A stretch of 10,626 nucleotides of DNA from a virus (IMGVR_UViG_3300023487_000117:1-10626), one strand, 5' to 3'; positions 1 through 7,991 are shown, numbered from the stretch's first letter. Notes: a model not told the origin generated them from the letters alone. Translations and numbers: made by a program.

Positions 1-36
1 TTGAAAACAAGAACCTCGCTTAGGCCTGTGTCCATA

Positions 37-3000
37 TTACGTGGGTAGGATCAACTTCGCCTTAAAGTCGTCGTAACCGTTCTCCATGAAGTAGCCGGTA
101 CGCCCATCATTGCCGTTCGCGTTGTCCAGAATAACCATGATTTTTGGCTTAATACCAATGCTTGGACGGATTAGATCGTCTCCCAGCCCCATTTCGGCCG
201 CCATGCGCGTCATCAGTACATTTACTTCAGCAGAGCGCTTAGGGTTCATCTCGAACGGTCGAGAGGCTTTTACAGCGTCGATCACCAGATTGCCCATCAA
301 CTCTGCCTGGTCGCGCAGTCGTTCCGGATCTGTCGCTGGCAGACTGCCAGACTCAATCGATGCGAACGCACCTACTTTTTGCAGTGATTCGCGTACCCGG
401 CTGTTACATGCACGCTTCTCGACCGCTTCCTCAAATTGCTCAAGTGACTCGAATTTGCCGCCAACTTTCTCACGCGCTCTCATGATGGCCTGGCAATCAT
501 TCTCAGAGCAGCCTTTCACAGCAGAGAATGGTGCATACAGAACCTGACTGCCGTCTTCCAGCGTGCGGTTCTCAATTCGGTTAGATGACACGTTAACGTC
601 TGGTGGCAATACGCGAATGCCATAGGTCAGCGCATCCTTAACCAGCCCCTGGTGCTTATCCTCGCCCAGAATGGTGAGCGCAGCAGCGAAGAACTCAGCA
701 GGGTAATGTGTCTTTAACCACATAGACTGATAGCTGATTAAAGAATAAGCAACACTGTGTGATTTGTTGAAGGCATATCCACCGAACTTCTCAAAGGCGT
801 CCCATATTTCTTGGGCTTTTTCCTTACTGAGACCTTCTTGTTCAGAGACGATCTCCACGTAGTCTATGCCGTCACTAATAGCCTCGCTGTAGCTTCTACG
901 CTTACCGTCTGAGCAATCCAGTTTTGCGTGTTTGTGAACCTCTACAGTACCTCCATTTTTGAGTGACAGTGTCACCCAGCCTGCTTGTGCTCGTTCTACA
1001 AAATCGCTGCCGATCGCTTTCATCTTATCCATGTTCTTTTTACCGATAGCGGAACGCAGAGCGTCTGCTTCGGCCATAGAGAACCCGGCAAGTACTCGGG
1101 AACTTTGCATGATTTGTTCCTGATAGAGCAAAACACCATTAGTCTCCCGGGTGACTTCCTCAAGACGCGGATGAATTGAATGTGGAGCCATGAAGCCTTT
1201 GGCCACGGAGACATAGTCGTCCAACATGCCGGATTGGATCGGGCCAGGTCGGAAGAGTGCGGTCGTGGCGACAACGGTTTTGAAGCTCATTGGCTCAATG
1301 CCACCGCCCAGATCTTTAAGCAGCTTGCGCATGGGGCCGGACTCCAGCTGGAATACGCCCTGCGTGTACCCTGCAGCGAACCCATCCAGAACCTTACGAT
1401 CGTCCAGTGGAATAGCATCGAGATTGATGTCTTCCCCGGTACTCTCTTTGATGTAGCGTTTCGCGCTATCCAGCAGATCGAGCGTTGCCAGACCGAGAAC
1501 GTCCAGCTTAATCAGCCCCATTGCCTCGCAGTAACGTTTATCGAACGCAATACAGCGAGCGTTGCCACGCAGCTCGACGGGAGTGCGCTCTATCAATGGA
1601 ACGCCAGCGACGATCATCCCCGCAGCGTGACGACCAAAACCACGCATCAGGCTTTGCAGCTTACACGCCGCTTTGAACGCTTCCGGGTTTTTCGTGGCGT
1701 ATTTGTCCAGGCTGGCCAGTTGCTCGCGCAGCTCTTCCAGAGACAGGCTATCGTCTTCCAGATTCTTGAACTCTTTGGATACCGCCATATCCGCAGCGTC
1801 GACACCGTAAATACGCGCAGTGTCTCGCAGCGCAGAAGCGGCGCCCAGATAGGTGAAGTTTGGAATACCGGCAACGTAATCTTCGCCATAGCGTTCATTC
1901 AGATACTCGATCACCTCATGACGACGTGCCTGGCTGAAGTCCAGATCCGCATCCGGTAAGTCAAGACGTTCAGGGTTGATGAAACGCTCAAACAGAAGAC
2001 CGTGACGGATAGGATCGACGTTGGTTATGCCTATGCACCACGCTACCAGAGAACCCGCTGACGAACCACGCCCTGGCCCAACCGGTATTCCTGTTTCACG
2101 GCTGTGATTCATCAGATCGCGTACCATCAGGAAGTAGCCACAGAAGCCCAGACGGGTCAGTGTGTCCATTTCGTACTTCAGTCGCTCAACATACACTCGG
2201 TGCTCAGAAGCCGGTGGTGTGTAGCCAAACTCTTTAGTAGTTAGACGCTTGCGTAGCCCCGCGACAGCCAGCTTCATCAGCGTTGCAGGCTCGTCGTCTG
2301 CCATCTTGGGCAGTGCTGGTGGCAGTTCATGCCAGCGCCATGTGCAGGCTTCAATAATGGTGTCCTGCGTTGTTGAGGCCATTGCAGCTGTTACCGGTAC
2401 GCCCATGCGAACGGAGAAGGCTTTCAGCGCTTCAAGGAGATGGCGACGACCATTAACAGCGTTATCTCGCTGGTGGGGGATGCGCAGACGATGCGGCTGG
2501 TCGATTTTGATGTTGTTCGTAACCATGTGCGCAATGTCTTTAATGTCAGCGTCGTCGATCGCTTCGTAATAAGCGGGATAGAACGCCACTGGCTCTATTT
2601 TCAGTGCGCTCGCCACTTTCATCGCCCGGACGTTAATCTGGTCGTAGAATGGGGTAGGGTGCGGATAAACCACGCTGTAGAAGTTATCGCGACCGCCAGC
2701 TGTGACCAGCGTCCCGATAATTTTTGCGAAGTCCCGGCGCTGGAATACACTGCCAATGTCGGACGTCAGCAGGATGATGTTGCCTTTGGCATATGCGGCT
2801 GCCAGCTGCTCAAGCGCCAGACGCGGGACAAAGTAGAATTGCTCGCGCTTGTTCGCTAAGGTCATCAGTTCGCACACGTCGCGATAACCTTGTTCATTCT
2901 TTATCAGTGCCGTGAAGCAGTAGCTGCTATCACGAACTAATGATTCCATACATCTTCCTGACTCTTTCGCCAAGCGAGCGCGGTGCTCGTATGTCGGATC

Positions 3001-3204
3001 GTCGACCACATTCAGCTTAACACCACAAATAACCGCCATGTCGTCGCCAGCGGCACGCTGCAGGGGGATCACACTGGCAATGTTCATGCTGTCAGCGGAA
3101 ATGACAGCGGTGTAGCCAGCGTCTCTCGCGATTTTCACCGCGTTTTCTGCTTTTAGAGCTGACTCTCCCAGGGAGAAGTCAGTTCTGACCATCAGAGCCT
3201 TCAT
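37..3204 (-). CDS. DnaE-family DNA polymerase (Pol III alpha-like), 1055 aa, stand-alone
   Basis: Long uninterrupted ORF. Pol III alpha hallmark block GYFLMVRDLMNHSRETGIPVGPGRGSSAGSLVAWCIGITNVDPIRHGLLFERFINPERLDLPDADLDF, matching the E. coli DnaE region around the catalytic PDFDVDF as recalled. Third acidic residue context KLDVLGL and GRHAAGMIVAG also present. N-terminal PHP-like region lacks the HxH dyad. Start ATG at 3202-3204 preceded by AAAGG. Confidence 0.85.
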   Translation of the reverse strand: MKALMVRTDFSLGESALKAENAVKIARDAGYTAVISADSMNIASVIPLQRAAGDDMAVICGVKLNVVDDPTYEHRARLAKESGRCMESLVRDSSYCFTALIKNEQGYRDVCELMTLANKREQFYFVPRLALEQLAAAYAKGNIILLTSDIGSVFQRRDFAKIIGTLVTAGGRDNFYSVVYPHPTPFYDQINVRAMKVASALKIEPVAFYPAYYEAIDDADIKDIAHMVTNNIKIDQPHRLRIPHQRDNAVNGRRHLLEALKAFSVRMGVPVTAAMASTTQDTIIEACTWRWHELPPALPKMADDEPATLMKLAVAGLRKRLTTKEFGYTPPASEHRVYVERLKYEMDTLTRLGFCGYFLMVRDLMNHSRETGIPVGPGRGSSAGSLVAWCIGITNVDPIRHGLLFERFINPERLDLPDADLDFSQARRHEVIEYLNERYGEDYVAGIPNFTYLGAASALRDTARIYGVDAADMAVSKEFKNLEDDSLSLEELREQLASLDKYATKNPEAFKAACKLQSLMRGFGRHAAGMIVAGVPLIERTPVELRGNARCIAFDKRYCEAMGLIKLDVLGLATLDLLDSAKRYIKESTGEDINLDAIPLDDRKVLDGFAAGYTQGVFQLESGPMRKLLKDLGGGIEPMSFKTVVATTALFRPGPIQSGMLDDYVSVAKGFMAPHSIHPRLEEVTRETNGVLLYQEQIMQSSRVLAGFSMAEADALRSAIGKKNMDKMKAIGSDFVERAQAGWVTLSLKNGGTVEVHKHAKLDCSDGKRRSYSEAISDGIDYVEIVSEQEGLSKEKAQEIWDAFEKFGGYAFNKSHSVAYSLISYQSMWLKTHYPAEFFAAALTILGEDKHQGLVKDALTYGIRVLPPDVNVSSNRIENRTLEDGSQVLYAPFSAVKGCSENDCQAIMRAREKVGGKFESLEQFEEAVEKRACNSRVRESLQKVGAFASIESGSLPATDPERLRDQAELMGNLVIDAVKASRPFEMNPKRSAEVNVLMTRMAAEMGLGDDLIRPSIGIKPKIMVILDNANGNDGRTGYFMENGYDDFKAKLILPT

Positions 3205-3382
3205 GTGCTTTTACCTTTCTGGTTTTCTTGATTTTGTCATTGGGGAAGCCAACGAACTTCCCATACATCGAAATCGCAACCTCTTTGGCTGACTGGTGGC
3301 ACTCGGGTCTATCCGGACATGCCAAACAAGCACTGCCAGTTTCAGACGCTGCGATAAGAGAGCCGAAACATCCTTTACGCAC
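3179..3382 (-). CDS. Possible small Cys-rich protein (67 aa) in the cobS-like/dnaE-like gap; may be spurious
   Basis: ORF with GTG start 2 nt after the CobS-like stop, four Cys (C-x13-C-x2-C-x5-C), overlapping the DnaE-like start by 26 nt in another frame. No convincing RBS. Confidence 0.2.
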   Translation of the reverse strand: MRKGCFGSLIAASETGSACLACPDRPECHQSAKEVAISMYGKFVGFPNDKIKKTRKVKAHEGSDGQN

Positions 3383-3384
3383 GA

Positions 3385-4620
3385 TTAACCAAAGATCTTC
3401 TGAACCACTTCACGCGCTGCCTGTGCAGACGTGGATGGAAGTTTATTGATAAACGACTTTTCGATGCCGGCAGAGAAATCACCGCGCATCATTCCGATTT
3501 TGGCGGACAGCAGCAGCTCACGAGGCCCGATTGGCTGGCTAATCTGATGCTTTTCATAACCTTCACGGATAAGATTCGCGAACTTCACCATCTTCTCGGC
3601 GTATTCGCGGATGACGCCTGCTTCAGCCAGCATGTTGACTTCTGCCTTCGTACTCATGTACTTCACGTTTGAAACAATGCCAAAACGCGAGAAGTTCGCT
3701 GCGTTCTGGATGTTTGTGCCTTGATAGAGACCTGTTTCGTCGCCAGAGCCGTTAGTGTTGCCAGTGCCAATGAAGGCAAAGCGTTTATGCGGGGTGATGC
3801 GGCGCCAGTCCGCAGTTGCCTCTTTGATGATCAGCGGCTCTCCTTCAAGAACTGGCTGATACACACCCAGAATCTGCGGGAACGCGAAGTCATATTCATC
3901 AGCGAGGTAAACCCAACCATTTTTCATCGCCAGCGCTAGTAAACCCGGTTCGAAATAGGTGGAACCATCGCGAGCGAGGATCTGGCCTGTAACGTGCGCT
4001 TCCTCCATAGACGCCGTATGCTGGGCGCGGATCAGTGGTCGATTTAGCAGGGCACATAGCTGCGTAGGAAGAGAAGATTTACCGGTTCCTGCATGGCCCC
4101 AGAGATAACCCGGGATTCCGATTTCCAGCATCATAAAGATGTCCTTGATCAGGTCGAAGTCGCCATACACATAGTTTTTCTTCGCTTCAGGTACGAACTC
4201 CGGATAGGGCGTGTTGACGTTGACTGTCACCTGTAGTGGTTTTCCGCGTGGTGTACCCAGCTCTTTGATCGTTACGCCAAGCAGCTCGTGCGCGGCCACC
4301 AGTTCGGTCTTGTATTCGACCGTTCCTGCGTAGCCCGGATGTGCGCTAATCTCCGCTACTTTTCCTTCGCCTGAATGCTTTTCGGCACGCTTCTCATTGA
4401 GTTTGGCCAGTGCCGTGCGAGAGATCGTTGGTTCATCTGGAAACGCAGAGGTGTACATCTTCACCACTTCGTCCACGTCCAGACCCTTCGCAGACTCAGG
4501 AATATTCTCGCAACGGCCCATAGAGATATGGGATTTCAGGTAATGAAAGGATTTGCCACACCACTTGCAGACGATGGCTTCCGGCAAATGTTCTTCTTGC
4601 TGTAGTGCAGTAGCGGTCAT
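3385..4620 (-). CDS. CobS-like AAA+ ATPase (MoxR family), 411 aa
   Basis: Walker A GHAGTGKS (aa 175-182), Walker B-like VYLADEYD, overall CobS/MoxR-like layout. N-terminal C-x2-C-x4-H-x4-H-x5-C motif. Strong RBS AAGGAAAAAAC before ATG at 4618-4620. Confidence 0.8.
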   Translation of the reverse strand: MTATALQQEEHLPEAIVCKWCGKSFHYLKSHISMGRCENIPESAKGLDVDEVVKMYTSAFPDEPTISRTALAKLNEKRAEKHSGEGKVAEISAHPGYAGTVEYKTELVAAHELLGVTIKELGTPRGKPLQVTVNVNTPYPEFVPEAKKNYVYGDFDLIKDIFMMLEIGIPGYLWGHAGTGKSSLPTQLCALLNRPLIRAQHTASMEEAHVTGQILARDGSTYFEPGLLALAMKNGWVYLADEYDFAFPQILGVYQPVLEGEPLIIKEATADWRRITPHKRFAFIGTGNTNGSGDETGLYQGTNIQNAANFSRFGIVSNVKYMSTKAEVNMLAEAGVIREYAEKMVKFANLIREGYEKHQISQPIGPRELLLSAKIGMMRGDFSAGIEKSFINKLPSTSAQAAREVVQKIFG

Positions 4621-4715
4621 GTTTTTTCCTTACTGTTTGTCGTTTGTGGGGTATATCTTATAGAAATATATTAGGATGTATAGTAAGTAGTTACTTATTT
4701 TTAAGGGTAAAGCTA

Positions 4716-7019
4716 TTACCTAAGAATGATACGAGATAACTCAGTGACGACTGACGGCCCTAGCTCTTCAACACTGTTAACCAGTGCGTAATTTTTGTAG
4801 TAACGCCGTGGTTCGTCGGTCAGAATGCCGATAGCCATCAGTTCGATGTCGCTCAAGGTCTCAATTTCTTTGGTGACGGTTCGTAAATGCTGATGGAATC
4901 CACTACCTGTAGCACATGGCTCCCCATCACTCATAACCAGCATGATCTTTTTGTCCTCCATTCGCCCTGCAAACAGGGTAGCCAGTTGCGCGACACTCTC
5001 ACCATCGACGTTATTGAGCAGTGGGAACGTCTCACATACGCATCCCATGCGAGCACGGATCTCTGGAGAGTTTGCTTTCTCATTCCAGTTTTTGATAATG
5101 GGCAGCATGAGCGCCTCGAAGCGTGTAAACCCGCGCTTCGACCTGGTTTCATAATCTGGGCTACCGAACGTGGTAAAGCCGGTGATGATGTTGGGGACAT
5201 TGATACGATCTAAAGCATCCGCAATGGTATAGGCACTGGCTAGGGCCAGTTGAATCTTCACGCCATCCATTGAGCCGGACAAGTCGATGACCTGCTGGAC
5301 ACACGCGTTCACCGCTCTATGGTCTTCCTTCTTGCGGAACACTCGGTCGTCGTTCATTGCCAGACGATACAGGCTCGCGCCATGTATCCGCCCACGCCTC
5401 TGACCAGGTATAAACTGAACTCGGTTGCGGCTGGCGATGGCCCGCTCCAGGTCTTTGGCCAGCGTCGAAGAAACGCCTGCAGACAGATGTTTTTCGATTT
5501 TCAGTTCAAAGAGTTTTCTGCCTTCTGGCACCATACGGTAGCGGTCGACTGGTGAGTGCATTGGTATTGCACCGAACGTCTTTCTGGTGCGCTTCACATG
5601 CTCTTCGGCTCCATCAATCAACCCGATAAAGTCGTATGATCGATCGTATGGCCGATAATCAGAAGGTGAGACGCTCATAAGCTCTTTGCTGATGGTGGCC
5701 GACAGTGCGTCTTCGGTCATTTCACCGATTCCGTCTTCCATCTCGTCGAGCGCCTTTAGTGCCTCCTCCAGAGTCATTTCATCCGGCGCAGGAACAAAGC
5801 CAGACTCACTGTCTTTGGGCACTTCCGCACCATCTTTATTTTCTTTGCCTTCGACGTCTTCTTCTTCAGTTTCCCCACGATCAGTATCGGAGTCCTCACC
5901 GCCATCACCATCAGAATCATCGGTATCTTCGCGAATACCATCGCCAGGTCTTGGGGCGCCAGTGCCATTGCTGCCGTCATCATCGGTGTCAGAGTCACTT
6001 GATTTTATGCCGATAGCATCGGATTCTGGGGTGTCTCCTGACTCTTCGTGGCCTGCTTCTGTATATTTACTTTCTGTATCACTAATATCTTTAACGTGTG
6101 TAGGTAAGTCCTTATCTAATGAATCAGACAAATCGGAACCCCCAGAATCTTCCTCTTCTGATGCATCATCTTCTCGTTCTTCCTTGTCATCGCCTTCGCC
6201 TTTGGCAGGCTTAGATGCAGAGTCACCATGAGACGGTTCGTCACCTGATTCTGGCGTTTCCTCGGACTCGTCTTTGCTCTTCGACGGCTTTCTGGCAGAT
6301 GATTTAAGTTCTGGTAATTTGCCCTCTGGCTTGTCTTTCATATCCTGCATGATTTGGGCTATAGCAGCAGCGACCTTCACGCAATCCTCAGTGTTCGACA
6401 TATTGCGAACGGCCACGTCTATACCATGCTCCTTTAGTAAGGCTACCGGCCTCTCGATAAGGCGCCAGTGTTCTTCCATAAAATCGATGAAGGGGCTTTG
6501 TCCATCCCAGGCGCGGACGACCGGGCAAAGAAAGAATTTCAAAAACAATTCACGCTGGTCTCCGTGACAGGCTAAAACCGCTTCTGGTACTTTATTCCTG
6601 AAGTATTTGTCGATAACCAGACTCTGTGTTGCAAGTAAATTACGCCGGGTTCCGTTAAAGACCTGCCCCATTCTGCGTTCAATAAAAACGTCTTCCAGCG
6701 CATTCCAAAGCCCCGTAGACGGAGCCTTTCCTCTTTCGCGCATCTGCATTGCGACTTTCGGTTCAGTAAAGAGAATATGGGCCACCTCATGGTCGAGAAA
6801 ACCACGCACTGCGTTCATGAGGGTTGGCGACGCGTCGTCCGGTATAGATGGGATGTTTACCAGCACTGGTTCGCCGCGCCGGTTATAGCGGACATATGCT
6901 TCATTGCCTCGTTCTGCAACAGGTATCTGTTTACCTGAAAGCATCGCTACAACTCGTTTTACACAGTCGCGAAAATCTTGCACCTCTTTCAGTACAGCTT
7001 TGGTGGTTTTTTTGGACAT
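4716..7019 (-). CDS. CobT-like protein: N-terminal domain with HExxH motif, ~210-aa acidic D/E/S/G-rich linker, C-terminal vWA domain with MIDAS
   Basis: vWA MIDAS DLSGS (codons 5271-5285) and downstream MSDGEP. Acidic low-complexity centre encoded at about 5709-6338. Preferred start is ATG at 7017-7019 (MSKKTTKAV) with a perfect RBS AAGGAAATTCTA; the ORF-track start at 7088 lies inside a palindrome and has no RBS. Confidence 0.8.
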   Translation of the reverse strand: MSKKTTKAVLKEVQDFRDCVKRVVAMLSGKQIPVAERGNEAYVRYNRRGEPVLVNIPSIPDDASPTLMNAVRGFLDHEVAHILFTEPKVAMQMRERGKAPSTGLWNALEDVFIERRMGQVFNGTRRNLLATQSLVIDKYFRNKVPEAVLACHGDQRELFLKFFLCPVVRAWDGQSPFIDFMEEHWRLIERPVALLKEHGIDVAVRNMSNTEDCVKVAAAIAQIMQDMKDKPEGKLPELKSSARKPSKSKDESEETPESGDEPSHGDSASKPAKGEGDDKEEREDDASEEEDSGGSDLSDSLDKDLPTHVKDISDTESKYTEAGHEESGDTPESDAIGIKSSDSDTDDDGSNGTGAPRPGDGIREDTDDSDGDGGEDSDTDRGETEEEDVEGKENKDGAEVPKDSESGFVPAPDEMTLEEALKALDEMEDGIGEMTEDALSATISKELMSVSPSDYRPYDRSYDFIGLIDGAEEHVKRTRKTFGAIPMHSPVDRYRMVPEGRKLFELKIEKHLSAGVSSTLAKDLERAIASRNRVQFIPGQRRGRIHGASLYRLAMNDDRVFRKKEDHRAVNACVQQVIDLSGSMDGVKIQLALASAYTIADALDRINVPNIITGFTTFGSPDYETRSKRGFTRFEALMLPIIKNWNEKANSPEIRARMGCVCETFPLLNNVDGESVAQLATLFAGRMEDKKIMLVMSDGEPCATGSGFHQHLRTVTKEIETLSDIELMAIGILTDEPRRYYKNYALVNSVEELGPSVVTELSRIILR

Positions 7020-7072
7020 TAGAATTTCCTTGTTGTTAAAACAATTTGTTTTCTGATGTGCGTAATTTATCA

Positions 7073-7105
7073 CTGTACGAACAGGCATCTAATCTGTTCG
7101 TACAG
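7073..7105. promoter_or_regulatory. Perfect 12-bp inverted repeat pair (CTGTACGAACAG / CTGTTCGTACAG) with 9-bp spacer, upstream of the cobT-like start
   Basis: Arms at 7073-7084 and 7094-7105 are exact reverse complements. Located 54-86 bp upstream of the preferred start and 28 bp downstream of the 70-aa ORF stop. No U-tract follows on the minus strand. Confidence 0.4.
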
Positions 7106-7132
7106 GCGCTAGAGAGGATGGGAGGGGTGGTG

Positions 7133-7345
7133 TTAACTTGTGCGGACGGCTACTGAACCGCAGCCGGTATTGATGAGAGTGAAGCACTTGCCCTTTAGCT
7201 CAAAGATGTATGCGGTTGCGTCTTTCATGTCAAGTAACAAAGACTTTGTTGGCAGTTCAGTGAGTATGGCTGCTGCCCCATCATCGTCAATTGAAACCGT
7301 ATGTCCGACCTCAAGGGCGATCAAATTAGAAGTTATTTTTTTCAT
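7133..7345 (-). CDS. Hypothetical small protein (70 aa), possible first gene of the minus-strand operon
   Basis: ORF MKKITSNLIALEVGHTVSIDDDGAAAILTELPTKSLLLDMKDATAYIFELKGKCFTLINTGCGSVAVRTS with ATG start at 7343-7345, same strand as the operon, weak RBS. No recognisable family. Confidence 0.35.
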   Translation of the reverse strand: MKKITSNLIALEVGHTVSIDDDGAAAILTELPTKSLLLDMKDATAYIFELKGKCFTLINTGCGSVAVRTS

Positions 7346-7527
7346 TTCATATCATCCAACTGAACACGTAAATGCCTTGCAATACTACTACCTATTGTAT
7401 CAATACGGAATACTTATATATCAAATACAACTTAGTTTTAAGTTCTTAAATGAGTTATTTTTTAGATAGTTGTCTATTAATGAAGCCTTTTGCGGTCAGT
7501 AAACCTACGTAAAAAAATAGATAAGTC

Positions 7528-7555
7528 TTTACAACACTAACCTTTGATGTAATAT
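7528..7555 (+). promoter_or_regulatory. Candidate sigma70 promoter for the HTH regulator gene
   Basis: TTTACA (7528-7533), 16-bp spacer, TAATAT (7550-7555), about 45 bp upstream of ATG 7602. Pattern match by eye only. Confidence 0.25.
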
Positions 7556-7601
7556 CAGTAAGCACTTACCAAATAAAATCAAAACACGCAGGTTGATAAT
7601 T

Positions 7602-7991
7602 ATGGCTACCAACGAAACAACAGAAGCTAAAGTAGGTCGCTACGCTGCTTACATTGACGCTTTAATCGCGATTTCTCCGAAAAGCCAGGCGACCATCGCG
7701 AAAGAAGCAGGCTATAAAAACCCTAACAATCTTTCACTTATCAAGAGCGGCAAAATCCCGCTTCCGATCGACAAGGTCAGAGCGTTGGCTAAAGCATTGG
7801 ATGCCGATTCGGTCCGATTGATGCTAATGGTGCTGGAAGAGCGTCATCCAGAGCTGTTAGCGTTTTTTCGCGACGAAGGCACAGCCCCTCTGACTAAAGA
7901 TGAAAAACTAGTTCTGGAAGCCTTCCGTCGACGTTTCGGTGACCAACGTGGTGCGTCGGAGCGGGTTGTTGAGGCAATCAAGTCGCTATGA
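7602..7991 (+). CDS. XRE/Cro-CI-type helix-turn-helix transcriptional regulator (129 aa)
   Basis: HTH signature SQATIAKEAGYKNPNNLSLIKSGK. ATG at 7602 with AGG 9 nt upstream; the ORF-track start 7593 is an upstream TTG. Stop overlaps the integrase stop. Confidence 0.7.
   Translation: MATNETTEAKVGRYAAYIDALIAISPKSQATIAKEAGYKNPNNLSLIKSGKIPLPIDKVRALAKALDADSVRLMLMVLEERHPELLAFFRDEGTAPLTKDEKLVLEAFRRRFGDQRGASERVVEAIKSL

Noticed and set aside
19-30. 8-bp match CTTAGGCC shared in inverted orientation with 9142-9149, as possible att or terminal repeats
   Set aside because: The match is too short and is expected by chance in 10 kb; flanking bases do not extend it.
1180-1959. 259-aa plus-strand ORF (and other plus-strand ORFs between 110 and 2859)
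   Set aside because: They lie entirely antisense within the DnaE-like gene, which carries clear polymerase motifs. No RBS or recognisable motifs, so they are treated as antisense artefacts.
5686-6231. 181-aa S/P-rich plus-strand ORF and overlapping 74-103 aa ORFs
   Set aside because: They are the mirror image of the acidic linker codons in the CobT-like gene; low complexity creates long open antisense frames.
5709-6338. Tandem repeat, VNTR or CRISPR-like array in the GA-rich DNA of the acidic linker
   Set aside because: The repetition is compositional (GAx/TCx codons), with no regular period or repeat-spacer structure.
3385-7019. cobS/cobT as cobalamin-biosynthesis (cobaltochelatase) genes
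   Set aside because: No cobN or other cob genes nearby, and the context is a mobile element with a polymerase. Homology is structural (AAA+/vWA), so a chelatase role is not assumed.
7020-7088. ORF-track start of the CobT-like gene at 7088 (MPVRTVINYAHQKTNCFNNKEIL...)
   Set aside because: That ATG lies in the spacer of the 7073-7105 palindrome and has no RBS, whereas the ATG at 7017-7019 has a perfect AAGGA RBS. The extra 23 codons are treated as 5' UTR.
7073-7105. Palindrome as a rho-independent terminator for the 70-aa ORF
   Set aside because: No U-tract follows the stem on the minus strand and the stem is only 50 percent GC. An operator or UTR structure is more likely.
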